Part shown: piece by piece, positions 47,257-57,878 of the stretch
Position numbering within the stretch: the first letter of the stretch is position 1
Layout of the letters: each line of letters opens with the position of its first letter
Assembly (NCBI GenBank): GCA_030647355.1
Contig: JAUSIS010000004.1
Span: 4,066-68,065 of the forward strand
From: a bacterium
GTDB taxonomy: Bacteria > Patescibacteriota > UBA1384 > VFKW01
DNA: 64,000 nucleotides
Direction: 5' to 3'
Position numbers and translations under genes: made by a program
The notes under the pieces: generated by a model
Seen by the model: only the letters and a program-made list of their open reading frames with translations
What the model was told of the DNA's origin: nothing
Databases searched by the model: none

Positions 47257-47706
47257 ATGATGAAACCAATTACAAATAATTTAATCGTCGAACTGCATGT
47301 GCCGGATTTAAACATTGCAAAGGAATTTTATTCTAAATTAGGATTTAATGTTTCGTTGGACGATAAGCCGAATGAAAAAGAATTAGGCTACTTGACCATG
47401 ATTCGCAGTGATCCTGCCGGTAAAACCATGCTGAACTTTTATGGCGGTGACGAGAGAGTTAATAACCAGTCTTTTTTTAAGCAATTTCCAAAAGAAACAA
47501 AAAGAGGATATGCGATAGAAGTGACTATTGTTGTTGCAAGGATTGATGAATTTTACGATAAGATTAAAACGAGCTTAAAGGACAATATTGTCCGGGAAAT
47601 AAAGGAGCTGGAGGATCACAACCATAAATGGAAAGATTTCCGCATGGTTGATCCGTTTGGCTTTTACTTACGCTTCACAGAACTTATTAATTGGGGTCAA
47701 AAGTAA
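47257..47706 (+). CDS. VOC/glyoxalase family protein
   Basis: LHVPDL..AKEFYSKLGF and DFRMVDPFGFYLRF. Confidence 0.82.
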   Translation: MMKPITNNLIVELHVPDLNIAKEFYSKLGFNVSLDDKPNEKELGYLTMIRSDPAGKTMLNFYGGDERVNNQSFFKQFPKETKRGYAIEVTIVVARIDEFYDKIKTSLKDNIVREIKELEDHNHKWKDFRMVDPFGFYLRFTELINWGQK

Positions 47707-47718
47707 CGCCTCGTCGCG

Positions 47719-48439
47719 GTGAGGCGTTGAAATAACCTGTTGCCGGATTGACGAATATTTGCCTGCGGAGTAGGCTTAAGGCAGGGAGAGTAAAATGAAA
47801 AAAACTTTAATTATTGTGGCAGCGGTAATTGTCTTCGGGGGTATTGCTTTTGCGTCATATCGCTATTGGTTATTTCAGAGCCAACTACCTCCGACAACCT
47901 CGGGTGATATAAAACTCAAGGTAGTTACGGGAGAGACAGGAAAGCCCATTTCCAATGCTAAAATCACAGTGTGCGATTTTAGCATAGTATTTGATGTTGT
48001 CCCGGGGGAGATCCGATCATATTGCGAAAGGGTAAAGGATGCTAGACGGGAAAATTCTACGAGGGTGCAAACTGCAACGGATGATCAGGGCATCTTTTAC
48101 TTAAATAAGAGCGAGTTATTGCCTGCCGCTATATATATGGTGGAAGTTAAAACTATTTCTGAAGATAGATCATCGAGTATATCTTTTGAAAATCTTAATG
48201 CCGACGGCACTGCAAGTCTTGCTAGCGAAACAATAATAAGGGTTCTAAATCAAGAAAGTGATGGGCACGTTGTCTCTAATAAATATTATGATCTGACTAC
48301 AAAACAAGTAAGAGAGGTTTTCACTGATAAAGCGGTCGCCGAAAAAACCTACCCCTATGAGACAGTGAACCTGGTCCTTTGGAGTCATGAGTAGTAAAGC
48401 CAGGAATTTTTAGTAGTGAGGCGTTAAAATAACATGTTG
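47719..48439 (+). repeat. 24-bp direct repeat pair (47719-47742 and 48416-48439)
   Basis: GTGAGGCGTTGAAATAACCTGTTG versus GTGAGGCGTTAAAATAACATGTTG, 22/24 identical. Confidence 0.75.
47795..48394 (+). CDS. Hypothetical exported protein
   Basis: Signal/TM segment, TGKPISNAKI and TDDQG beta-sandwich-like motifs. Confidence 0.72.
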   Translation: MKKTLIIVAAVIVFGGIAFASYRYWLFQSQLPPTTSGDIKLKVVTGETGKPISNAKITVCDFSIVFDVVPGEIRSYCERVKDARRENSTRVQTATDDQGIFYLNKSELLPAAIYMVEVKTISEDRSSSISFENLNADGTASLASETIIRVLNQESDGHVVSNKYYDLTTKQVREVFTDKAVAEKTYPYETVNLVLWSHE

Positions 48440-48520
48440 TTTACAGTGAGCTTGTCGAATCTGTCGAATTGCAGATAGGTAAAAACGAACTATGCTTTGA
48501 GCGTATAAAAAGGGGTATTA

Positions 48521-49282
48521 GTGACTAATAAATATCCGGATATTAAAACTGCTTGGCGAGGAGCTACAATATTTAACCGGATTCTTATATCCCTTTTTTT
48601 TCTAGGGATGCTTAGTCTTGTGGTTGCTGCAATTCTAGAAGAACTTTATATCCCTCTGCATGACGTGCTTTATATCATCGCGACAGCATTAACAATCCTG
48701 CCCCCAATAATCATTATTATTAATTACGGAAAGCCGATGTGGCTTAGGAATGCAGCCTATAACTCTGCCCAATACTATCCTTTTTATCTTCCAAGTCTTT
48801 TTAAATCAGCCAGCCACAAACATACTTTTTTGGAAAAGTTAAAAATAGGTAAAATTACAGCGAATTTATATAATATAGAGATTACCGAACCTTTTCATCC
48901 CTTTAAAAGACAGTATTATCTCTGCGCGCTTCAAATGCCAAAAGAATATGGAAACATTTTTATAACAGATACGGATTTTCAGAAGAATTTGAGTCAATCT
49001 AGTCATTATTTTAATAAAATATTACCGGTCTTTCCCGAAGATGAGTATGAAAGCAACCTTTTTAACAACCGTTTTGTAGTCCATACTCAAATTAAACAGG
49101 ATGCATACCGATTCATTAATCCAAACCTAATGCACATTCTTAACAACACTGATTTTAAGAATATCGGTATTGATGTAACCGGCCGTATCCTTCGAGTTTT
49201 TACTTTAGTTAATAATTCCTTAAATACTCCCCAACAATCTCTTAAGCAACTTACCGAAAAGATTGTTACTTCCATCGATTGA
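48521..49282 (+). CDS. Hypothetical membrane protein (DUF3137-like tail)
   Basis: Two TM helices, ESNLFNNRFVV...AYRFINP.LM. Confidence 0.65.
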   Translation: MTNKYPDIKTAWRGATIFNRILISLFFLGMLSLVVAAILEELYIPLHDVLYIIATALTILPPIIIIINYGKPMWLRNAAYNSAQYYPFYLPSLFKSASHKHTFLEKLKIGKITANLYNIEITEPFHPFKRQYYLCALQMPKEYGNIFITDTDFQKNLSQSSHYFNKILPVFPEDEYESNLFNNRFVVHTQIKQDAYRFINPNLMHILNNTDFKNIGIDVTGRILRVFTLVNNSLNTPQQSLKQLTEKIVTSID

Positions 49283-49388
49283 CTACATATTAGGAACTAT
49301 TCTAGGAATTTTTGGCGGGAATACAAATTCCGGGAGTTAAGAAGATCGATAGGTTGCTATTAATCCTTCGGTTTCCTATACTAGAGAT

Positions 49389-50006
49389 ATGAAAATAATC
49401 GATCAAAATCAGTGTCAAGGTCTACTCACGAAGATTTTATGGATTGCGGCCTGGATATTGGCAACAATATTTATCACTTCCAACTTTTACTTTCCTCTAC
49501 CTGTCTATATTGGTGTAGATTGGGAATCTCATTTCTCATTGACGAATTATTCGATTAATTTTTTTGTATGGGCTATTATTCTTTATCTGCTTTATAAATA
49601 TCTGCACCCGCTTTTAAAAATAAATCGCTTATTCTTTCTTCTGATTTTATGCAGTTTGATTATCACCTCATTAACTGTAATTATTAAAAACCCATCCAAG
49701 AGTACATCAATTATTAAAAACCCAACTGTTCCAAAGATTGCATCTGGAGAAATAGAGAGTACATCTGGAGAAATAATATGGTTAAAGCACAAAGAATTTT
49801 CCAGTCGTCCAGCTCAAACAAGGACTGATTCCTATAGGGGTCTACCAGCTCCCTTCTATCATCATTGGACCGGCTATGATACTATGGGGCAAGTTAGTTG
49901 GGACTACATAACACTTACATCGGACACTTTAATTTTTAATGCGATCTTTTGGTTTATAGTAAGTTCTTTCGTTGTTAGATTTAAAATAAAATCTAACCAG
50001 AAGTAG
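49389..50006 (+). CDS. Hypothetical membrane protein
   Basis: Four TM helices, RGLP motif, short internal duplications. Confidence 0.65.
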   Translation: MKIIDQNQCQGLLTKILWIAAWILATIFITSNFYFPLPVYIGVDWESHFSLTNYSINFFVWAIILYLLYKYLHPLLKINRLFFLLILCSLIITSLTVIIKNPSKSTSIIKNPTVPKIASGEIESTSGEIIWLKHKEFSSRPAQTRTDSYRGLPAPFYHHWTGYDTMGQVSWDYITLTSDTLIFNAIFWFIVSSFVVRFKIKSNQK

Positions 50007-50257
50007 CTATCTTGACTCCAAAAAGAAGAGTAAGGGGACGGTTCTCAAATAATCTCAAGATTCGCTAAAAACATATCAACTAAATCCCGTTAGAGCAAGC
50101 GCCCTAGGCAATAGTCAAAAAACCAAACGCGGGGTAAATTTTCCCTTTGCCCTTCCGTAGTCCCGCCATCCGGTGGACGAAGGAGGGTTGCCCAAGCGCT
50201 CTTTTGAGAGTAATATAAAACCAAAGCAAGGGGTGATATTGTTAAACGAGGGAATAA

Positions 50258-50548
50258 ATGAAACCTTTTTATAAAAAAGAAGATTTTACACTTTTTCAAG
50301 GCGATTGTTTGAATGTGTTAGCTGAAATGCCCGAAGATTCGGCTGATATGATTTTTGCCGACCCACCCTACTTTCTCTCAAGCGGTTCTTTTACTTGTCA
50401 GAATGGTAAAATGGTTAGCGTTAAAAAGGGCGATTGGGATTTAAGCAATGGGACTAAAAAGAATTTTGAATTTCATATTGAGTGGATAAAGGCATGTAAA
50501 AGAGTTCTGAAACCCGGCGGATCTATTTGGATAAGCGGGACTATATGA
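50258..50548 (+). pseudogene. Truncated DpnA-like N6-adenine DNA methyltransferase
   Basis: DMIFADPPYFLS..G..VSV.KGDWD..WI...K.VLKP.G..WISG, then stops at 96 aa; the SAM-binding half is missing. Confidence 0.8.
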
Positions 50549-51315
50549 AATTAACTTTTGATTTACAATTTGCTGATAACTATAAAAGTCAATCGCAAAG
50601 GGTGCGTGTTTTAACTGAGCAATGGGTTAATGATTCGGTTTTTTGTCCAAATTGCGGATATCTTAATATTGATAGATACCCAAATAATCAACCAGTTGCC
50701 GATTTTTATTGTTCAAACTGCAAAGAAGATTACGAATTAAAAAGCAAACAAGATAGTGTAGGAAAAAAAATAGTAGATGGCGCATATCGAACTATGATTG
50801 AACGATTGCAAAGTAGTAATAACCCGAATTTTTTTCTGCTTTACTACGATTTACAAAATTTCGAAGTGCAGAATTTTCTTGTCATACCAAAACACTTTTT
50901 TATTCCCGAAATTATTGAGAAACGAAAGCCACTTGCGCCAACTGCCTACCGTGCCGGCTGGATTGGTTGCAATATCCTTTTACAAAGTATCCCACAAACC
51001 GGAAAAATATTTTTTGTTAAAAATAGGCAGGTTGAATCAAAAGAAAAAGTGCTTACAGAATGGCGAAAGACTCTTTTCTTGCGAGAAGAAAAAGAAATAA
51101 AAGCAAAGGGATGGCTACTGGATGTTATGATGTGCGTAGATAAGTTCAAGTGTAAAGATTTTTCGCTCGATGATATGTATACATTTGAAAACGAATTAAG
51201 CAAGAAGCATCCTGACAACCGTCATATAAAAGACAAAATTCGCCAGCAATTACAAATTTTGCGAGATAAGGGATATATCGAATTTACCAACCGAGGAAAT
51301 TATAGGATAAATTAA
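50545..51315 (+). CDS. DpnI-like (Dam-replacing family) methyl-directed restriction endonuclease
   Basis: YKSQSQ..RVLTE.W, CPNCG, NNQPVADFYC..C.E.YELKSK, DGAY, RAGWIGCNI, KIRQQLQILRD. Confidence 0.9.
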   Translation: MKLTFDLQFADNYKSQSQRVRVLTEQWVNDSVFCPNCGYLNIDRYPNNQPVADFYCSNCKEDYELKSKQDSVGKKIVDGAYRTMIERLQSSNNPNFFLLYYDLQNFEVQNFLVIPKHFFIPEIIEKRKPLAPTAYRAGWIGCNILLQSIPQTGKIFFVKNRQVESKEKVLTEWRKTLFLREEKEIKAKGWLLDVMMCVDKFKCKDFSLDDMYTFENELSKKHPDNRHIKDKIRQQLQILRDKGYIEFTNRGNYRIN

Positions 51316-51317
51316 AA

Positions 51318-51509
51318 ATGGAAATTAAATTATCACCATTTTTTGCAAAAATGATTCTGCAATTTAATCCGTTCACGCGGTTTAAAGTTATGTGTCTTGG
51401 ATATGGGGAAGATTTTGTAAATTATACCGAACTTGTGTGGCAAGACGACAAGCACCTAGATTTCACCAACAAAGAAGACTATCCGCAATTTCAGTTATGG
51501 TATGTTTAG
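51318..51509 (+). CDS. Small hypothetical protein
   Basis: 63 aa, starts 2 nt after the nuclease stop. Confidence 0.55.
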   Translation: MEIKLSPFFAKMILQFNPFTRFKVMCLGYGEDFVNYTELVWQDDKHLDFTNKEDYPQFQLWYV

Positions 51510-51659
51510 GGTCGTGAAGGGCAAGTATGGTAAATGGATTCAGGCAAGGACAAAAGGTACCGGGGGAATAAACCCCAGAACAGGTGAAAGACGACCAATA
51601 ACCCGTGCATTTTACGCAAAAACCGGTTTGGTTAAGAAAATTTTTGAAACTGCATCATA

Positions 51660-51809
51660 GACAAAATCACCAACGACGAAATCCAGTCTTGACTTGACGT
51701 TTCCGATGCCACCGCTTGCCGATACCTTGATGATCTCGAAAAGGAAGAACTCTTGAAACAAGTCGGCACCGACGGCCCGAAAGTATTTTATCAAAAGGAG
51801 GAAAAATGA
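51660..51809 (+). pseudogene. Winged-HTH (DeoR-like) remnant
   Basis: DKITNDEIQS*LDVSDATACRYLDDLEKEELLKQVGTDGPKVFY with an in-frame TGA at 51690 and no intact start. Confidence 0.6.
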
Positions 51810-52456
51810 CACTATCTGCCAATAGCACGAGTAATCTAACGAGAGCCCTTTTATTAATGTCTTTTTTATTTGGAATTTTTGCGTTACCCAAACCAATTTT
51901 GGCGGCTCCAGTGCCTACTACCCCCAGATGTGGATTGGAAGCTATGATAACCAACCTATCCATTGAAATTACAAAGCCAGATGGCATCTCATACGAAGGC
52001 GGTGAGACACAATATTTCCCCACTATCAAAATCACTAAAACCAGCAAAGTCGGAGATACAATAAAGGGTGCACCAAAAACTTGCGAAGAAGCATTTCCGA
52101 TCGGCAAGATCATTGAAACCAGTATTATTAAAGAGCGAGACCTAAATCAAGGCAATGAACTTAAAGTTGGCCAAGTAATTGGCTTTACAGGCTATATGCG
52201 AATTGATGAATTTTCCAAGGAGCCCGGACTAATTATAGATACTAATCCTTCCAATTCAGAGTCTGTTAGGATTATAAAAGATGTCGGCATAGATGAAGAC
52301 AATGACGGGAATGGAGAAACGCAAACCAATAAAGCACTATATTATTTACTGATTATTCCGTTAGCATTTCTGATATTTGCTGGATATTTTATCATCAAAA
52401 GACACAAAACCAAAGTAGACTCATCGGTAAAGAACGAGGAAACGAAATTGGACTAG
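51806..52456 (+). CDS. Hypothetical exported protein with C-terminal anchor
   Basis: AGGAGG RBS, signal peptide, C-terminal TM and basic tail. Confidence 0.72.
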   Translation: MTLSANSTSNLTRALLLMSFLFGIFALPKPILAAPVPTTPRCGLEAMITNLSIEITKPDGISYEGGETQYFPTIKITKTSKVGDTIKGAPKTCEEAFPIGKIIETSIIKERDLNQGNELKVGQVIGFTGYMRIDEFSKEPGLIIDTNPSNSESVRIIKDVGIDEDNDGNGETQTNKALYYLLIIPLAFLIFAGYFIIKRHKTKVDSSVKNEETKLD

Positions 52457-52700
52457 CTTATCGCCTCACCGCCCCGTTAGATAATTTTATATCTAATGGG
52501 GAGCCGTTAAGTTTCAAAGGCTTGGGAAGTTAGGTATAATAAAGCTATGAAAGAGGGGAAATGGACGACGTCTCCAGCTGTGTATATGACAAACGATGTT
52601 GTGCTATGTGTAGCGTAAAACCAATTAACAAAACATTTATTTACTTTGCAAGCGGCTGGTTGTAAAATATAAGTAATTAAGTACAAGAGAAAGGAGAACT

Positions 52701-53450
52701 ATGGAATGGTTCTTAATAGTTATCGGATTTATCATACTAATAAGTATTCGTCAGGTAAACCAATACGAGAGGGCGCTTAAATTTACCCTGGGGAAATACA
52801 GCAGCACATCTAATCCAGGTTGGCGTTTAGTTTGGCCTATTTTTCAATCAATGCGCAAAATTGATATTAGAGTTAAAGCCGTTGATGTGCCAACCCAATT
52901 AGCCATCACGCGCGACAATGTCTCAGCAAATATTAGCGCAGTCATATACTATAAAGTTAGTTCGCCGGAAAAAGCAGTACTTGAAGTCGAAGACTTTTTT
53001 TATGCAGTCTCCCAGCTTGCCCAAACAACAATGCGTAATGTTGTAGGTCAAGTTTCTCTGGATGACTTACTTGCCGAACGAAATCAAATCTCCCAACGTA
53101 TCCGCGACATCATCGATAAAGCGACTGATTCTTGGGGGATAAAAGTAGATAATGTAGAATTGAAGGATATATCTTTGCCCGAAGAAATGAAGCGTGTCAT
53201 TGCCAAGCAAGCAGAAGCAGAGAGAGAAAAACGAGCGGTTATTACCAAAGCGGAAGGTGATATGATAGCCGCTACCAACCTGGCTAAAGCCGCTAACACA
53301 TTATCAGCAGCTCCTGGTGCCTTGCATTTGCGCACATTAAGCACAATTAATGATGTAAGTTCTGATCAGTCTAATACGGTTATTTTTGCCGTACCTATTG
53401 AGGTCTTGGATGCAATAAAAGGCCTTGGTCAATATTTTCAAAAAAAATAA
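52701..53450 (+). CDS. SPFH/band-7 (slipin) protein
   Basis: QYER, ITRDNV, SQLAQTTMR, KQAEAEREKRA. Confidence 0.92.
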   Translation: MEWFLIVIGFIILISIRQVNQYERALKFTLGKYSSTSNPGWRLVWPIFQSMRKIDIRVKAVDVPTQLAITRDNVSANISAVIYYKVSSPEKAVLEVEDFFYAVSQLAQTTMRNVVGQVSLDDLLAERNQISQRIRDIIDKATDSWGIKVDNVELKDISLPEEMKRVIAKQAEAEREKRAVITKAEGDMIAATNLAKAANTLSAAPGALHLRTLSTINDVSSDQSNTVIFAVPIEVLDAIKGLGQYFQKK

Positions 53451-53690
53451 CTGAGAATATAATTCGTCTAATTTAAACGAAATATAGTACAATGGATACT
53501 TAAATCTATTTTTTGCACTTACGATACGCTTCGCATTTTTACTGGCCGGTTGATTATTGTCGGCTTGTTAATTTGCATTTGAAAAATTATAAGCTTTATA
53601 AATTTGTAAAAAGAAGATTGGTTCATGTTACAATGAATTTTATGATTTTATCCGGTAAGATGTCTATTAATTAAGTTAATAGGGGGTGTT

Positions 53691-55211
53691 ATGGTAAATT
53701 CACTTATACCGGGAAAAAATACATCAATTTGGCTAGATACTACACCCAACACGAATTTCCCTTCTCTGGAAAAAGATCTAATCGTTGATACGGTCATTAT
53801 CGGTGGAGGGATTGCCGGTCTAAGCACGGCATTTTTCCTCAAACAAGCCGGCAAGAAAGTAGCTATTGTAGAGTCGCAACACATAGTGAAAGGAACGACG
53901 GGTTTTACAACGGCGAAGATTACTTCCGCCCATGGTTTGATTTATAAATACCTAACCGATAGATTCGGTTTAGAAAAAGCGCGCATTTATGCTGAGGCCA
54001 ATCAAAAAGCGCTAGAAACGATGTCATCTTTAATTGAAAGCTTACATATTGAGGCTGATTTTAAGCGTTTGCCTGCCTATACTTATGCGGTTTCGGATAA
54101 CGACATTGATTTAATAAAAAATGAGGTGGAGGCGGCCAGGCGATTAGGATTGCCCGTCTCTTTTACAACCGATATCCCACTGCCTTTTCCAACGGCTGGT
54201 GCTATTAAATACGAGAACCAGGCACGTTACCATCCGCGAAAATATCTTTTATCACTTGCCAAACGGATTAACGGCGGGGGAAGTCACATTTTTGAAAAAA
54301 CAAAAGTCATTGATGTTGAAGAAGGCAAATCGGTTCGTGTTCGTACCGAAAAAGGCGATATTACTGCACGCGACGTTGTCATTGCAACAAATTACCCTAT
54401 TTATGATCCTAATGCATATTTTGCCCGCATGACTGCCAGGCAATCATTGGTTATCGCCGTCAGATTGAACCGTTTGGTTCCTCAGGGTTTGTTCTACAGC
54501 ACGGAAAAATCTTTTCACTCTCTTAGACCACAACCTTTCCAGTTTGGAGAAGAGTTATTGCTTTCAGGCGGTAAAGTGTTCAAAACCGGGCAAGAGGATG
54601 ACATTACCGGAAATTATTTAGAATTAATTAATTGGACGAAAGAGAATTTTGATGTAAGGTCGGTTGAATACCATTGGACTACAAACGATAGTGAATCTCA
54701 CGACCGCGTACCTCTAATCGGCAGGTTGAATCCTGATTCAAAGCATTTATATGTCGCTACCGGTTTTAACGGCTGGGGCATGGCGCACGGTACGGTTGCA
54801 GGAATGCTATTGTCGGATACTATTTTAGGTAACAAAAATTCTTGGCTTAAATTGTATGATCCTTCCCGGATTTCAAATATAGCATCGAGCCGAAGTTTAT
54901 TAGACAATCTTAATTCAATTGGCCAGATGATAAAAAGTAAATTCGCTAGATTACCAACTGAAATTGATTTGGAAAATGACGAAGCAAAAGTCGTTTTGCA
55001 AAATGGCAAAAAATTAGCAATTTATCGAGATGAAGTAGGGAAAATTCATGCAATTTCCGCTGTTTGTACACATATGGGTTGTACTGTCGGCTGGAATAAT
55101 ACCGAAAAGACATGGGATTGTCCTTGCCATGGCTCAAGATTCACTAAGGATGGGGTGGTAATCCATGGACCGGCTATCAAAAATCTCGAGAAAGAGGTGA
55201 CAAAGAAGTAG
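53691..55211 (+). CDS. FAD-dependent oxidoreductase with Rieske domain (YhfW-like)
   Basis: IIGGGIAG, TTGFTTAK, ATGFNGWGM, CTHMGC...WDCPCHGSRF. Confidence 0.92.
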   Translation: MVNSLIPGKNTSIWLDTTPNTNFPSLEKDLIVDTVIIGGGIAGLSTAFFLKQAGKKVAIVESQHIVKGTTGFTTAKITSAHGLIYKYLTDRFGLEKARIYAEANQKALETMSSLIESLHIEADFKRLPAYTYAVSDNDIDLIKNEVEAARRLGLPVSFTTDIPLPFPTAGAIKYENQARYHPRKYLLSLAKRINGGGSHIFEKTKVIDVEEGKSVRVRTEKGDITARDVVIATNYPIYDPNAYFARMTARQSLVIAVRLNRLVPQGLFYSTEKSFHSLRPQPFQFGEELLLSGGKVFKTGQEDDITGNYLELINWTKENFDVRSVEYHWTTNDSESHDRVPLIGRLNPDSKHLYVATGFNGWGMAHGTVAGMLLSDTILGNKNSWLKLYDPSRISNIASSRSLLDNLNSIGQMIKSKFARLPTEIDLENDEAKVVLQNGKKLAIYRDEVGKIHAISAVCTHMGCTVGWNNTEKTWDCPCHGSRFTKDGVVIHGPAIKNLEKEVTKK

Positions 55212-55246
55212 CTTTTTTGCCCTGACTATTCAACGACAGTCCCTTA

Positions 55247-57238
55247 ATGTATAATCAAAGTAAGGTGGGGATTGTGTGGAAATTTTTCTTGTGTTTAAAA
55301 CTGTTAATAATTGCCGTTTTAGCTGTTGCTACTTTTCCTAAAACAACTTTGGCAGTGAGTTTCAGTTCTCCGAATGGTAAAGTGATTGCTGAGGATATTT
55401 CTGATGGGCAAGGGGCAAAAATACGAATTACCTGGGATGAAGTACCAATACCAGACAGCTATACCACGCTGGCTGATAGACCAAATCAATACATACTTTA
55501 CCGCTGGGGTTATCCGGATAAGTTTCCAAGGAAAACTATTTGTCAAAGAGATTTAGCTTCTACTAAAAGAGCGTGTATAGATTTGACTGCCGTGTCGGGT
55601 CGGAGATACAGTTATGAATTGGCTTTTTATTTAGAAGACTATAAAAATAATAAATTTGGTTCATATGGCCTAGATGAAAATTACAAAGTTACAGCCGTGT
55701 CGTTAGATAAACTTGCTCCTAGTATACCTAACAATGTATCAAGTAAGTTTGAGAGTGGTGTTTTGGTGATTGATTGGTTGGTCAATCAAGAAAAAGATGT
55801 GGCAAGTTACGAGGTGAACTTATATAAGGAGCGAACGGCAAAGGCGCCGGTAATTACCCTGAATCCTACAGAAAATTTACTATATTTGGAAAAACCAAGT
55901 GCTGATTATCAATACTTTACCCTTGCCGCAAGAGATTCGTCCGGGAACTTATCAAATTCTACTCAAATATCTAAAATTAATCGCCTGAGCGCCATTGGAA
56001 AGATATCAAAGCAGAGCAAGCCAATCGGGGTTGTGGCGGTTATTGCCTTGGCTTTTATTGCTGCTTTCATTTTTTTACGGGAAAGGCTACTAGTCCAACG
56101 GCAAGAAAAACATAATTCTCCGATTCTACCTTATATCGGTTTTGGTATACCTGCTTCTTTACTTACTTACGCTTCTTCTACTTTTGAGATGTTTGGAGAG
56201 GCAGCACCTATCTGGCTATTGCCAATTATCTGGTTAAGTGTTTTTGTATTTGGTAGCTTGCTTTATAACTCGATAAAACAGGGGCAATCAATGCAAGCCG
56301 TTAGTCGTGAGAATACCTTTTTATCGACTTTTGGCTATGCCTTTACCAGAATAGCGATTGTAGCTTTTTCCTTTGCCATGATGTCGATTGCTGAGAAGTT
56401 TATAAGTGTAAAATTTTTCGCCGGAATAATGGCGTTGTTCTGGATACCTCTCCTAGTCTTTCTTGTCTATAAAACGATTTTTTATTTGTTCAAACTAAGC
56501 GCTTATGGCAAGAGTATTCGGCAAAATCCGAGCGAGAGTAACCTAGTTTTTTTGTGGCGTACTTACAAAAAACGAAAAGAAATTTTTTCCACACCTGGTA
56601 ATATAATCCCCAAAGGAGATCCGATCGGGAGGACTTATAAGGTTAAATTTGTAACTTATATATCAATTTCGACTATTTTACTTTTTGTAGTGATGGCTAA
56701 TTATTTTGAATTTGGTTTTTCCGGTAATTTTTACGGGCCTTCGGTGCCAGATCGCTATGTGAGTAAAGAATTCGGTTTAGAATTAGTTTTGCAGCCACCG
56801 GATAATAAGTGGCATGGCGGCGAGTTACTTAATCAAAATTACCTAAGTTTTGATAGGCGTTCCTCTAACGGCGGGCAAGGAGTTTATCTGGAAAAATTTG
56901 AATGGATTGAGGACAATCCTAAACCGTTAAATTTGAATGCTTTTTACGAGCACCATTTAACTGAACAAGAGAGACTGGATAAGACATTTGGCAATAAAAC
57001 AAATCCTTATAGTCAGAAACGATATGTTCGTTACAATAACTGGGTTGGAATTACGGTTTATGGAGATGAACAATATTCAGCTAGCTGGACTGCCTTCGTG
57101 GCAAACGAAAGTCAATATTATGAAATCAGTTACGGTTACAGAACTGACTGGCCAAAGGAAAACAATATCGAATATAATCGAAAACTAGCAAAAAAACATT
57201 TTGATAATTTACTCAAGAGCGTAAAATTTAGAAACTGA
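55247..57238 (+). CDS. Hypothetical multi-domain membrane protein (FN3-like N-terminus)
   Basis: Signal peptide, two FN3-like units (ARDSSGNLS), several TM helices, external C-terminal domain. Confidence 0.7.
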   Translation: MYNQSKVGIVWKFFLCLKLLIIAVLAVATFPKTTLAVSFSSPNGKVIAEDISDGQGAKIRITWDEVPIPDSYTTLADRPNQYILYRWGYPDKFPRKTICQRDLASTKRACIDLTAVSGRRYSYELAFYLEDYKNNKFGSYGLDENYKVTAVSLDKLAPSIPNNVSSKFESGVLVIDWLVNQEKDVASYEVNLYKERTAKAPVITLNPTENLLYLEKPSADYQYFTLAARDSSGNLSNSTQISKINRLSAIGKISKQSKPIGVVAVIALAFIAAFIFLRERLLVQRQEKHNSPILPYIGFGIPASLLTYASSTFEMFGEAAPIWLLPIIWLSVFVFGSLLYNSIKQGQSMQAVSRENTFLSTFGYAFTRIAIVAFSFAMMSIAEKFISVKFFAGIMALFWIPLLVFLVYKTIFYLFKLSAYGKSIRQNPSESNLVFLWRTYKKRKEIFSTPGNIIPKGDPIGRTYKVKFVTYISISTILLFVVMANYFEFGFSGNFYGPSVPDRYVSKEFGLELVLQPPDNKWHGGELLNQNYLSFDRRSSNGGQGVYLEKFEWIEDNPKPLNLNAFYEHHLTEQERLDKTFGNKTNPYSQKRYVRYNNWVGITVYGDEQYSASWTAFVANESQYYEISYGYRTDWPKENNIEYNRKLAKKHFDNLLKSVKFRN

Positions 57239-57878
57239 AAGTTTTTAATTCGTCAATTATATTAGCAGCTGTTTGATCAGTTACATAATCTGGTGTTATT
57301 CTTGTTTTTTTAAAAATTTGTTCTTCTAGTGCGATTAAATCTTTAGCAAATTGATCAAATTGGTCATCAGATAAAAAAGCATGGGAAGTGCCTTGATAAC
57401 GTTTCTTTCCTTCGGCAAGCCGCTCTTGGGCAGAGACAATACCAAATGGAGTTACTCGCATATCGGCGTAGCAGCAAATTTTATTTTCATAGTGATCATG
57501 AAGTACATTACTGCTTGTTTGTAAGAACCCGACTGAATTGAGATAATCCTGGATTCCTGTTGGCAAGTTAAGTTCTTTGGCAATTTGACGAGTTACTTCG
57601 TGCTCATCTTTGGTTTTATATTTTTGGGAAATTTCTTTTTTAACATTTTCCCAATATACTAGCCCCTCAGGAGCTAAGGATTCAGGAAATAAAGTGAGAT
57701 CAAATTTTAAAATATTACCCATATCGTGGACCAGACAGGCTTTTATGACTCCGTCGGTATCAAGTTGGTCGGGGAAATTATCGCAGATGAGTTTGGCAAC
57801 TCCCGCTACTCTTAATTGATGGAGTTGGAGCTGGGGCATAATATTATATTTCTGGTAGATCTCAATTACTGTTGGCAC
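57228..57878 (-). CDS. HD-domain protein
   Basis: LHQLRVA, CLVHDMG, YADMR; GTG start after GAGGA. Confidence 0.8.
   Translation of the reverse strand: MPTVIEIYQKYNIMPQLQLHQLRVAGVAKLICDNFPDQLDTDGVIKACLVHDMGNILKFDLTLFPESLAPEGLVYWENVKKEISQKYKTKDEHEVTRQIAKELNLPTGIQDYLNSVGFLQTSSNVLHDHYENKICCYADMRVTPFGIVSAQERLAEGKKRYQGTSHAFLSDDQFDQFAKDLIALEEQIFKKTRITPDYVTDQTAANIIDELKTFSF

Noticed and set aside
49680-49775. Short duplications IIKNP and SGEI in the 205-aa ORF
   Set aside because: Only two copies each; probably local slippage with no further structure.
51560-51600. GINPRTGE motif resembling HU/IHF
   Set aside because: Only about eight residues match, with no supporting frame around them.
51660-51809. 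TGA recoded as Gly (code 25)
   Set aside because: Conserved genes such as recG, grpE and dnaJ end at TGA, so this is a pseudogene.
47700-52505. Classical integron with attC sites
   Set aside because: The hairpins are too short, RYYYAAC/GTTRRRY pairs are not convincing, and no intI is present.
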